From Lama guanicoe (Eukaryota): a DNA stretch of 64,000 nucleotides. The DNA lies in assembly GCA_013239625.1 (NCBI GenBank), contig MU053574.1, positions 309,844-373,843 of the forward strand, read 5' to 3'. The position numbers and the translations under genes were made by a program. This document shows, piece after piece, positions 1 through 12,102 of the stretch (position 1 is the stretch's first letter; every line of letters begins with the position of its first letter). Below the pieces are notes generated by a model, which worked only from the letters and a program-made list of their open reading frames with translations, was not told where the DNA came from and made no database searches.

Positions 1-3000
1 GGAAAAAAAAAAGGTATTTCTGACAGAATTATTGTAAATAGCGAAGAAATAATTCTAAGCTATAAACTCTAAAAAATAAGTAAGTTATGCAGGATCCAGG
101 TATTTAGAATTCCTAATTCAAACATTTTACAGTTTTTTTCACATATTAAATTAGACAACAATTTCCAAAAATGTTTCTTCCTATTAATACAGTTTCCAAA
201 CGGTGAAAACTTCTCGAGGATTACATGTATTTTTTCCAAATTTCTGAAATTTATAATTAGCCATCAGGGCAATTGAAATGTTTCTAGACCCAGAGAGACC
301 AGATTCTGCTTCTCCATAATCCTCTAGAAATTATCCTATTTTCACACAGTCTGGGAATCTGTTTGGGTTGTTTTAAACCAGTTAGGAACAAGTGCTTAAG
401 CCATGCCCGAAAGCAGATGTTTGAAAAACTGATGGCAATTTCTCATCCTATGTGGGAGAATTCTTTGTGTGTGACATAGGATGAGAAACAAGCCAAATGA
501 CCTCAAAACAACATCACCGAAACATTTTAACTCCATGAAACACTAATTTCCATAATAATATTATCATTTCTTAAACTAGACAGTTGTGTGTCCCGCATCC
601 AGAGGAGCCCAGAGAGGGCTAGTTGTCCCTGGGAAAGCAGTGGCAGGTCCCTTCTGTTGCATTTGGCTCCCAGTTGGTGCTGGGTGAGTTGCTGGCTTTT
701 GCTGGAGGCACAGCCCTCTCCGCAGGAAAGCAGGGAGCAGGGTCACCGAGGGGACCCAGGCTGCTCAACATGACCCCCCCGCCTAGAGGAGCTGGGTATC
801 CCACACCCAAGGGCAGCCTGCCCCTCAGACACACGGGTCTGGTTGCGTCTCAGATTTCCTGCGGCTGGAGCTTTGAAACAAGCCCAGGTGGCTCTGTGGT
901 TACGTCTCTGCTTGGCGGTCAGAGGCAGACTCGGAACGTTCCATCCAGGCTACTGCTGGTGCTGATGAGAACCCCCGCTCACGTCCTCTCCCCTCTTCAT
1001 CCTTCCCGTCACTTTCTGCCTCTGCTCAGCAGGGGTCCTGCCTCGCTCCTAGGGCAAGTCTCTGAGGACACGTCTTCCCTCCCCGGTCCTCCTGCCCCCT
1101 CGTCTTTAACCTTCATCATCATCCTGACAACAAGAATGAAGGTCATGATACCTGACATCTATTAAGTGCCAATCATGTCCCTGTTTTGTATCTCATTTAA
1201 TCCATCCAATATCCCCATAAAGTAAGTTTGGTTTGTTGAGTAAAACAGGGGTTAAGCTGTGTCCCTTGCCCCAGACCACGTGGAAGAGACCAGTTGTGAA
1301 CCCAGCTCTTTGCTCAGAATGGTTACATGGTACCCTTTCTGCAGGTTAGATCTGTCCCCGCTGATTGGCTAGCTGACTTGGAAAAACTCCGTTTAACCTC
1401 AGTTTTTCTATCTGTCAAATGGGAACATTAATCTTACTCTTTTAACCTGACAGAACCACTGCTCTGGAGAGTTAGTGGAATATGTGTGGGTGTGATTTAT
1501 AATTGGTGAGTGCCACACAGGCAGAGTGACCCTGTGAGCTGGCTCCGTGTACCCTCCCCCACCGCAACTCCTGGGAGGGCAAACTCCCATTCAAAGTGTA
1601 CGATAGAGTTTTCTCTCTCGTTTTCACATAGTAAATACACACTCACGCCCCCTAAATAGGCATGCTACCGATTTGTCTACATGCTAAGAAGTGTGAAAAT
1701 ATTCATTATGATGGATACACATGTGATTTTGAATTTCCATTACATAAGAAGAGGTGAAAATGGCAAAAATCGTTACACTCTGCAGGGGTGACGGTCGGAG
1801 AGTAACTGTTTCATCTACTCATTATGGGTTGGTACAAATCACTAACTTCTATTCAAAATATTCTTCCTCTAATCACAGTCTGCTTGCTCTTCTTACCCAT
1901 GGAAGACATTTTAAAAATTCCCGTTGGGCTGGAATTGGGGAAGGTAGCATGTGGGATGGGAGAGCGACTCTGAAATAGACACAGACAAAAATCACCTTTT
2001 TGCCTGGAAGGACCCCCATGGAGCCAGGCAAACTGAAAAATCGAGATCAGGGTGTTTAACGATGTCGATAAATTATTCTGCTGAATGATGGTTTGATTTC
2101 TTGGTTTCCACTATGTTAAATTTAAACAATGGGATATCATGGAACATTATGAGAGTAAAAATTGAACCAGCATGTAGCTGATACACCAGAGCTCTCTAAT
2201 TTGATTAAAAGCTTACTACTTTTTAGCTCCATATGACACCATGTTTGGGAGGACAACACACTGAAACCCTCGGATAATGGCTTTGCCATTTCTAACGTGT
2301 TCCGTAGTGAGAAGAATGCTATCAATTCTTAAGAGAGCAGTGGTAGGACCAAAGAAAAATTAAAATGCGAAATGGAGAGGATTTCTTGCCTCTCTTTTAT
2401 TATCACTTGGTCCTTCCAGGAAGCTCTCATATTTCTGCAGCTGATCCTTATGTGGATTAGGGATAATAAACAGCCCATTAATGGAGGCCTGAACTAGGAA
2501 ATGGAGTTGGAATCAGCCGCAGAACTCGGTGGCTGGCTGAGGTTAATAACTCTATTACTCCAGCTCTGTGCCGAGCCGTCCGACAAGCGGCATGTTAGCC
2601 TCATCTTACTCCTCATTAATTGAGCTAATAGAACCCGACTGACCCTGCCTTGCTGCCGTCGGCTGAGAGTTTACCAGACATGGGCCGGAATACATATCAT
2701 CCACTTGTGCTCCAGGGTGCCTTTTGTTTTGGGAAGGAAGATCTTCCTTAAAGATCGGTTAGCTAGAGGGTCCCTCCGAACAGCAGAGTCGCTGTGCACC
2801 GGCCACAGCTGGGTCCCCAGTCACTCTGGTTTCGTCCCATGAGCGAGGGGGCCACGGGGCCCCCTGCTTCCACTGGCGCCTCCAGGCAGATGTCCACTGG
2901 GTCTGAGGGCTTCGGCGTCCACGTGAACAGCTTTGGAGGAATAGTCTCCATGATTTCAACAGTGTCGGGGGTCAAGGGTGAGCATGGAAGTGTGGCATGT

Positions 3001-3859
3001 GTTGGCGCGGGGGTGGGGCAGGCCCCAGCCCCTCGGCCCCCGTCTCTCCTGGTCCTGCGCTTTCTTTTAATGCTCAGCAGCTGGCTCTTTTGCACGGATC
3101 CCTCCCCGCCCCTAAGTTTCCTGATGGTTAGCCACGTGTTTCTGACAATCTGCTTTGCTGGGTAAGCAGTCTGGGGGCGTGGCCTCACCTTTTCTGAGCC
3201 CCGGTTCCCTTCTCCATCAGATGGGGTGATAACCCAAGCCTCGGCTCATCCTTTGCTGGATTCATGTACGTGTTTGCTGGGAAAATGCAAATGGGTAGGA
3301 CTTATGAAGTAGAAGAACACTCCGGACAACCAAGATGATGCTGTCAACAGATTGAAGATCATAACTGGAGTTTCCTGCGACAGGCTGTTAGCCCCTCTGC
3401 ACCTCAGTTTCCCCCACTGAGAACCAGGGACAGTAACACTGGGGCCATCAGGTGGGGGATGGTACAAGTGATGCAGGAAGTACTCTGCACAGAGCCTGGC
3501 CTTACGAGGGGCTCTGGATGTGGGACCCACATTTATTCCTAATACACTGGGAACTCCGGACCTGGGCATGGAGATCAGAGCTTCTGAAAAGTAAGGTCAG
3601 ACCAGTTCCTCCCCAAGGAAGTGCGGTCCAGGCTGGTCCCTGGGCTGCTCAGAGCAAATGGCTCCCCTCTGGTCGGAGAAAGATACTTCCTTATTTGGCT
3701 GGTGATTTGCGGCGCACAAGATAATCCCACAGATAGATACAAAATCGCACTTTTGTTGGAGAAGCCATGAAGCCAGGCAGACGGGGCAGTCTGAAGCCTA
3801 GAACAGCCTCGCAGATCACACAGAGGCTGCAAAAAGGTGTGGAGCACCTGTCCTCTGTT

Positions 3860-4340
3860 ATTTTATAAAGTTTGAAGATTCTTTTGATGGCAGGACACAA
3901 CACAGCGACACTCGGAGAGATGAAAGGCAGGACTCTATTACTTACAGTTCCAAATGAGAGGTGGCTGCCACGCGGGGCCACGTGGGGCCATGTGGGGGCT
4001 GCACCTTGGGGACAGGGTGACCGCAGCTGAGCTGTGGAAGGCAGCTTCCACGTGGCAAGGGGGCAGTTAGCTAGGTTTTACAGGCTCTCGGTGGATTGGC
4101 TAACTTAAATAATTGCAGTGGCTCCGGGGCACAGGAGCCACCCGCGGATGGAGTGTGGGGGCCCATGAGGGAAGGGGTTGGAGTGGGGCTTGGCAAATTG
4201 CCCAAGAAGGGGAACTGAGACCTATCCTCTTCAAAGCAGGTCGAGGCAGCACCTGTAACATGTTGTACCCCACCTGCCTGTGTGGGCTGGACAGCCCACC
4301 TGTCCGAATCCCTTATTCTTCACCTTCCCACGATCGAAAC
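3860..4340 (-). mobile_element. Old ERVL-class LTR (MER74/MER54-like)
   Basis: ctctattacttacag...gccacgtgggg...gtggattggctaacttaaataatt...agaaggggaactg resembles recalled ERVL LTRs; family uncertain. Confidence 0.5.
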
Positions 4341-4386
4341 ATGGTTTTGGAGACAGCCCGAAAAAGCTTAAAACTCAACAAGTTTC

Positions 4387-4560
4387 TACTGTAGAGCGCA
4401 GGAAACTATATGCAATATCTTGTAGTCACCTGTAGTGAGAAAGAACTTGAGAAGGAATATATGTATGTATATGCATGACTGAAACATTATGCTGTACACC
4501 AGAAATTGACACAACATTGTAAACTGACTGTACTTCAATTGAAAAAAAAAAAAGATTAAA
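4387..4560 (+). mobile_element. L1 3' end with poly(A)
   Basis: tactgtagagcgcagg...gctgtacaccagaaattgacacaacattgtaaactgactgtacttcaatt followed by an A-tail. Confidence 0.9.
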
Positions 4561-4591
4561 AAAGAATTTGAAAAAGAGAAAAAAAAAAGGT

Positions 4592-4664
4592 GGGGAAGGT
4601 ATATCTCAGTGGTAGAGTTCGTGCTTAGCATGCACAAGGTCCTGGGTTCAAGCCCTAATACCGA

Positions 4665-4703
<39 letters not shown>

Positions 4704-4830
4704 GAAGGAAGGAAGGAAAGAAAGAAAAGAAGAAGAAGAAAGGAAGGAAAGAAGGAAGGAAGGAAGGAAGGAAGAAAGAAACCAAGTGAATAAATAAACC
4801 TAACTACCCCCCCAAAATAAAAAATAAATA
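4592..4830 (+). mobile_element. tRNA-derived SINE (Vic-1-like)
   Basis: ggggaaggtatatctcagtggtagag...cttagcatgcacaaggtcctgggttcaagccc (A and B boxes) and tail aataaataaacctaactacccccccaaaa. AAAAAGAGAAAAAAAAA occurs on both sides (4571, 4831). Confidence 0.88.
4663..4780. repeat. (GAAA)n/(GGAA)n compound microsatellite
   Basis: Directly visible purine tetranucleotide array inside the SINE. Confidence 0.95.
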
Positions 4831-5863
4831 AAAAAGAGAAAAAAAAATTTTCAAAAAGGGGGAAAAAAGGAAAAAAAAACCTCAGCCGAAAGGCCGTCCA
4901 TCCCGGCTACCCTTTCATCCTGCAGCATCCCTGGGCGCTCTGTCATCGTGGGCTCGGGCATCCTGGTCGAGTAAACTTCCTTGTCCCCACTTCCACATCC
5001 ACTCCCCCTGAGGCGTACGTAGGCCACCTTCCTGGGTCACCAGCTCAGTTTCCACCACACTTCTTACAGCCACTTCGCGCTCGGTGACAGCACACCCCGA
5101 CAGTCCTGCCTCTGATAGTGAGTGTTGTGTTTCGTTGTAGCAAAAAGAAATACTTGCTAGTGTTGGGGATCTGGCAGCCGCCTGCGAGATTGGAGGGGAG
5201 ACAGGCGGTGGTTCCCAGAGTGCTGGGTCCGGGGCCTGGAGTTAGGGAGGGAGGGGCACCCTGGACCGCGAGCGAAAACTGTGGCCAGAAACACTGGTGA
5301 CAGGCCCCAGCCCACAGTCCCTGGGCTGTAGCGTTTAATCTGTCAGTAAACAGGGACGGAAGTAGGAGAAAGGAAGTTCTCCCAGTATCTTCCCGCCTGG
5401 GACCGTTGGCATTTCACCGCTGATTTCCAGTGTTTGTATAAGGAGAAGTCTGGTGAGGGTGATTCTGAGCAAATGTGGAAGGCCAGCACTGCTTTCTTTC
5501 CTGGGTTAAAATTTAGTTTATAATAGTCTGTTACTAAGGTTTGTCGTCTGTCTTTGAGAGCTTAAGAGCAATTACTTTTGAAGCAGTAACATCAAAAATC
5601 TGTGTTACCTTTGAACTCTTTGCCTGCAGCCGCAGGAATCTTTCAGAGAATAAAAGCACAGGGAATTCCCAGAGCGAGAGCCAGTCCTGGCCCCCGGGCT
5701 TAGCTCTGCGGTCCCCAACGCGAACATGATCCGAAAGGTGCATTGTGTGGTGTGCTGGTGGCGAGAAACTTTAGGGGAGGTGACAAGCCAGGAGCCGTGA
5801 GAGATGGTCTGTGCTGGGTGATGGAGGATCGGGGAGTTTAGTTTTTAGGAAGAGACAGGGCAT

Positions 5864-5938
5864 ACATACAGCACATAGATGTAACATACAACGCATAGGT
5901 GTAACATACAACATACAGATGTAACATACAACACATAG
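5864..5938. repeat. 20-bp minisatellite (~3.5 copies of GTAACATACAACRYAYAGRT)
   Basis: Directly visible tandem units at 5881, 5901 and 5921 plus a partial unit. Confidence 0.9.
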
Positions 5939-7389
5939 CAAGGGATTTGCATGGTATTTTCTCAGTTAGCAATTTTGTTAAGACTGACACTAACAGTCTC
6001 GCCATAGTAAATTGAAGCTCAGTTCATTCATTAACCATTAATTTTTTTTTTCCTAAGAACTTTCTGAGAGCACCCCATCCTGCCTGTCCGACTCTCCTGC
6101 TGTCTCTAAGAGGTCTAGGAAGGGGTTCAGGGTCAGTGTGCCACCCTGTACTTGGAGCGCAGCATTCTGAGCACAGCAATGTGTCACTTGGGGAGACAGT
6201 GACAACTTTTCTCATTCTAAGCTCTTATTAAGAGTCCAGTGGATTTTATCCAACCAGTAATAATCGGGCAGAAGCTGGTGGCGTCTGAGTGGAGGAGGAG
6301 ATAAACACACCTCCCCCTGCCACCGTTATGCCGGATCCGAAGCAATCTCCCGGCCTCGGTGGAGAGTGACAGGTGACCTTTAACAGAATGGAGCCCAGGG
6401 TAGTTGGCACTTGAGTCCAGCTCTGATGAAGACGCCCCCATTTTTGGCAGGCGCGATGCTCGAGAGTTAACTTAAATTCATTTCCCAGAGAAAGGCAAGA
6501 GGACGGATGCCGAGATGACTTGGAGAGATCGTATTTGTTTTCTTTACCCATAGGAGACTTGGGGAGACATCGGTGTGTACTTCAATTTTCCATCTTCCTT
6601 AGAGGCATGAATAAAGCGCTGAACTGTTGAACCCCTGCTCATGCTTTAAAAGCCTGGGCCTCTGCCAGATTCGGGTGGCAGCTGTCTAAAAGCTTGCTGC
6701 TCTTCTTCCTAAATATCACAGAAATTATTTAATAATAATAATAATAAAACTTTTAAAGAAAGTCTTCCACAAATTGAAGTTCAGCTTTACTTTTTCTGAG
6801 CTGATAGAACTCTGAGCCTTGCCTCCTTGTTGGCTTTGAGGTGTCTGCAGATTCCAGAGCCCACCCCACCCACAAGGACAAGCATGTCAGACCCCCACGG
6901 GGCTCCTGGGCAGAGCCCCTCATTTCTCTCCTGGGCCTCTGACTCATGACGTGGGGGTTCGAGATCCGAGGACAGGACTGTGTGCAGGGGAAAGAAACCC
7001 GCCAGGCCTGGAGCCCCCACCCATAGAACGGAGGGGTCGGGTGGGGATCAGGAGCGGAGGTACCCTTCTCCCACCCACCACACTCCCCTGCTCGCTCAGA
7101 GCACTGTGGGCTTTTGTCCAAATCTTATCTTTTCTGCAGGGCTTAGCTCAAACTCCACCTCCTCTAGGCAGCCTTCCCAGACGCTTCTTGCTCTTCACCT
7201 TCACAGCACTTTACACATTGTCCTCAGGACAGTGGTTAAGCAGGAGGCACTGGCTTTGCCCCATATGGGCTGTGTGAGGCTGGGCAGGTGTTTTACCATC
7301 TCTGAACCTCAGTTTCCTCCTGTGCAGCAAGATGGAGATGGCTTTATTCAGATGAGCAACACATCTTTACAGAGTGTGCAGGTACCGCT

Positions 7390-8230
7390 CGACTTCTGGG
7401 AACACAAAAGGAAACAAAACCTACAAGAGATGCTATCACGTGGCTTACATTCCTGCTGGGGTGAGAAACACTATATACAACTGACAGATACACACGATGT
7501 TGGGGTCCATGGAGAGCAGTAAAGCAGAGAAAAGGGGACTAAGGGCAAGTGGGCAGTGGGGAGGGTTGTGGTGGGATGGCACGTTGTATGGAAGGTGGTC
7601 AGGGGTGGCCTTTCTGATAACAACAGAGGCTTATACAAATCCTGGAAATATCTGGGCAAGAGCATTCCAGGCCGGGGGAGCAGCAAGTGCAAAGGCCCTG
7701 AGGTGTATTGTGCTTGGCAAATTCAAGTAGCATCGTGCAGGCTGTTGCCGATGGAGCAGTGACAGAGTGAGGCGATGAGTCAGAGGTAGATGGGCTCCTG
7801 GAGGACTCAGGCTTTTCCTCTGAGTCAGGTGGGAGCCACCAGAGGGGGAGGCATGGTGCTGGGGTCTAACTTATATTTTAAAAGGATTACTCAGGCTCCT
7901 GGGTGGAGAGTGGACTACCGACAGGAGGACAGGGGCGGAAGCAGGGAGGCCAGGCAGGGGCAGTGGGTGTCATCCAGGTGAGAGATTCCGGTGGCCTGGC
8001 CCAGGTAACAGACGTGCAAATGACAGGCAGTGCCTGGGCCCTGACCACGTTTTGAAGGTAGAACAGACAGAGCTGACATGCTTTCAGACTGGTTGTGGGT
8101 GGATGAGAGAGAGCCATGAAGGACCAGTCCAGCTTCTGCCGGAGCAGCTGGGGAGAGGGAGAGTGGGCTGGCCATCTGCTGATCAGGGAACACAGGAGGG
8201 GCAGTGTGGGGAGGGACCAGCAGCTCCGCT
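7390..8230 (-). mobile_element. L2 LINE remnant
   Basis: ggcaagagcattccaggc...gcaaaggccctgagg...ttttaaaaggattactcaggctcctgggtggagagtggact... Confidence 0.7.
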
Positions 8231-8271
8231 TGGACTTGGTAAGAGGGAGGTGCCTGTTAGGAATCTGAAGG

Positions 8272-8660
8272 GCTTTCCCAGGGCTGCTGCAACAGACACC
8301 ACGGGCTGCGTGGCTCAGGCAACAGACCTTCACTTTCTCCCAGCTCTGGAGGCTGGATGTCCGAGATCAAGGTGTGGGCAGGGTTGGGTTCTCTGAGGCC
8401 TCTCTCCTTGGCTGGCAGACGGCTGCCCTCTGGCTGCATCTTCACGGGGTCTTTTCTCTGTGCAGGTGTGACTCCTGGTATGTCCAGATTTCCTCCTCTT
8501 ATAGGACACCATTCAGGTTGGGTTAGGGCCCACCCTGACAGCCTCATTTTAACTTAATCACCTCTTTAAAGGCCCTGTTTCCAGATACAGTCACATTCTG
8601 AGGTCCTGGGGGGGTTAAGGCTTCTTTCAACATAGGAATTTTGGAGGACACGTTCAGCGC
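8272..8660 (-). mobile_element. MLT1 (MaLR) LTR
   Basis: agggctgctgcaacagacaccac...tctggaggctggatgtccgagatcaaggtg...ttagggcccaccct...cacattctgaggtcctgggggggttaagg. Confidence 0.85.
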
Positions 8661-11600
8661 CGAACAGTCTCAGGGGTCCTTTGCTCTGGCAGCCTGAGCA
8701 AACGGTTCCTAACAGGCATCTCAGCCTCATCTTTGTGTCCGCGCAGGGCACAGCCAAGGCGTGTTCAGGTGGGGGGTGCTTCTCCCAGCAGCCCCTGTGG
8801 CTCCTTGGCAAGATTCTCCATCACTTCCTCCCCACCCCAGCCCCTCAGCTCTCTTTTTCATTCCAATATCCAAATCCATGACCGTTCAGCTGAGAAGGCC
8901 CCTGGAGACCGTCCAGCGAGCCCTCCACACTGCACAGAGAGGGGACTGTGGCCCAGGGTGACTAGGCGCCTGGCCCGAGGTCACACTGTGTTACTGGGTG
9001 GGGGCCGGAGCCTGGCCTCTTGCTTTGCTTTTAAGGGCTGTGCACAGTTGCCCCCTGGCAGTCCTGCCCGGTGCCTGAGGCTTTCCCGGGCCCCTCCCCC
9101 CTCCCCCGCTGTCCCCTTGGCCTGCATGTGACCACCCCTGTACCTGGTGGCGATTCGGCCGCGTTTGCTTTGAGCAGATGCCTCTCTCCTCTTCACGTGG
9201 CGCTCTGGGGGCCGCCCCCCTTCTCCCCTCAGCAGTGATTAGCCTTGTAAGACTAATGGACGAAGTCTCGTCTAATTACCCTGTTGAAGGCCCAATTATG
9301 TGATTAACACTGGAGGGCTCTAAGCTAATGATGAGAAGGGCCTCTCATTTGCATAGCATTAAGGTAATTGAGCCGCAAGCCCAGGGGCGGCGGGGTGGGG
9401 ATGGCAGGGTTCTCCTTCTGGAAGGACTCTAGCAACCGGAGAGGACAGTTCACCTGAGAGCTTCATTCACTAGCAGCGACCTGACTACCTAGCCGGCGTG
9501 GCAAGTGGGGTGGGCAGAAAGGCCGGCGAAAAATGGTGAAAAATGAGGGCTGGGAGCCCCCGGCTGAGTTTTCCTCCCAGCACTGGGCTGCGCTGGAGGC
9601 AAGCTCACCATCACCTTGAAGAACCACTTTAGAAAAACCTCCCGTTAAAATCTTGCCGGACCCCTTCTGTTCAGCCCCTCCTGGCGTTTCCTCCATGCAT
9701 TCCGCCACTCATTCACTCTCTCGTCCACTCACATTTACTGAGCGCTTCTGGCGTGCGAGGCTGGGGTCCCTGCTCTTGGGAGTGTCTGGGGAGGGTGGCC
9801 CGCTTGGCTTGAGGCCCCCGTTTTCCCCAGAGGTGTGGGATTCAGCGCCGAGTCAGCCTTGCAGTTGGCGAACATCAGCCGAAAATCTCAGACTTTGAAA
9901 AACCCCTAAGGATTGTCAGCTCAAATCTTTGATTTTACCCCGTGAAAAATGGGGGGTCAGGAAGGCTGAGAGCCTGGAGCTCAGAGTCACTTGGCAGGGA
10001 GTGGCGGGGAGGGTGGTCCTGGTGCTCCAGGCTCTGCCCTGCGCCCCCTGCCCGCAGGATGGTCCTGCCCTTTCAGCACCTCTGTCAGCCCCCGTGCACT
10101 GTGTTTTGAGTATTTGGTGTTGTCTCCTGGGAAACTTGCCTGAAGCCCCCCTCTCCCCCCACAGCCTTGTCTGTTTTTCCTCCATGAGGGCAAGACAGTG
10201 TCATCTCACATTTAATACATAGGTGATGTTCAGGTGGTGCGGCCGGGACTAAAACCCGGATTGCTTTCCAATGAATTTGTTTTTTAACCAGAAATAAAGT
10301 CATGTGTATGTCCTTTTGTAACTTGCTTGCACTTGGTAAAACTTTGTGGACATCCTTCTCTTTCCATAAAGCTTTAATTCATTAAATGTTTGCATAGTTT
10401 TATACTGCAAATTATTACAGAGTAACAGTTTATGAACAGGATTACATAGTCCAGATGTATTGTAATGTATTCAAATGCTTTCTGTTGGCAGACATTTAAG
10501 TTAGCTACAATTTTTTTTCTATTATAAATAATGCGGTAACAAATGTGTACACCCACGCACATTTTTATGCGCTGGTTTTGGTTATTTTCTTAGAAAAAGT
10601 TCATAGGAATGGAATTGCTGAGCCGAAGGGTGTGCACAATTGAAAAACTAATTACTTTTATTTTTTAATGGAAAGGAGTCAGAGATTGAAGACATACACA
10701 TGGATATTCGGTGAAAAGTAACTCTCAAAAGGTGAACAACTGAAAATTAATGATCTAAGTTTCTGACTTAGATTAGAAAAGTAATCAGCGCCCAAAATGG
10801 CGAGAAAGAGACCGTAGGAACGGAAGTCAAGAAAATAGGAACCAAAATGGCAGCAGCAGCCAGAAACTGGTTCTCTGACAAACTTAATAAAAGTCAATAA
10901 ATAAAGCTCAAAAATTAATACGAAATCTCCAGCAAGATTGATTAAAAAAAAAAAAAGAAAGAGCACACAGATAAACAATATTCAGGATAAAAACTGGGAT
11001 ATAGCCATAAGCCGAGCAGAGGTTACCAGGGTAAGGAAAATATTAGGAACAAGTTTGTGACAATCAATCTGGAAACAGACAAGACAGATAAATTCGCAGG
11101 AGAAAGAGTCTTACCAGTGTTGACGTAGGAAGAAGCAGAAAAATCCAGACAGTCCTGTAATGAAGTGTATTGAATCATAAAACCCAAGTCTACCCTCCCA
11201 CAGACGCAGCTGGGTGTGAGCACTGTGGCAGCACGGAGCGTGGCCGCCAAGCAGTGAGACACACCAGCGATGGCGAAGGTCCTGGGTGAATAGTCCAGAG
11301 CCACACAGGGGTCCCACGCAGCGACGGACGTGAATGAATCACAGCCACGCACGCCAGTGTCGGGGAATCTTAGAAAAATAACGTTGAGTGGAAAAGCAAT
11401 TGGTAAAAGAACAGATATAGCATGATACCAACACAGGCAAAACTCAGCAATGTCTTAAGTGCTCATACGCCTTTAGAAACACTGGTGATGGTGGTTCTCC
11501 TGGCGGCGGGGTGTAGGCAGAGGGACTGGTTAGAGCATCTGGAGTGTGTCACTGTCGGGGTGCACTTCTCCGGTGGACATATCCGCCAGAATAGAAATTC

Positions 11601-11965
11601 TTCTAGGAAAGGATTGTCTTGTTCAGCAATAAATCTCAAGCTCCTAAAATAATACCTGGCACGTTATAGGTGCTTCATACATGATTATATGTTATGTAAC
11701 TCATTTTTATACACCAAAGCATGTCATAATAAAAAATGGGGAAAATACTGTTGTCTTCTTGCCCTTCCCCAGAAGCAACCACTCTTCGTAGTGTTTTGGG
11801 AATTCGTCTAGAAAACTTCTCTGCACCAATCAGGAGATATACATACATGGCTTTGTTGTACACAGATGGAGGCATACTGCACACACTGCTTACTTTCTCT
11901 TTTCTCTTGACGGCGTGTCTGGACATATTTCCATTTAGCCTATTGGCTCTGCTCCTCATTCTTTT

Positions 11966-12102
11966 CATTTTTATTTTTTAAAGGGTTTTTAAAATTTTTA
12001 TTTGTTTATTTTTATTTATCTTTCAATGGAGGCACTGGGGATTGAAACCAGGACCTTGTGCACACTAAGCACATGCTCTACCACTGAGCTATTACCCTCC
12101 CC
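11966..12102 (-). mobile_element. tRNA-derived SINE (Vic-1-like) with TSD
   Basis: Reverse complement reads ggggagggtaatagctcagtggtagagc...ggtcctggtttcaatccccagtgcctccattg plus A-tail. 13-bp TSD TCCTCATTCTTTT at 11953-11965 and 12106-12118. Confidence 0.92.

Noticed and set aside
2763..3188. 141-aa minus ORF with a basic stretch (KRKRR)
   Set aside because: No homology I can recognise and no supported exon structure.
4592..4662. Possible tRNA-Ala gene (also at 12030-12102)
   Set aside because: SINE tail, poly(A) and TSDs show these are tRNA-derived SINEs.
5864..5938. CRISPR-like array
   Set aside because: Head-to-tail minisatellite without unique spacers, in mammalian DNA with no cas genes.
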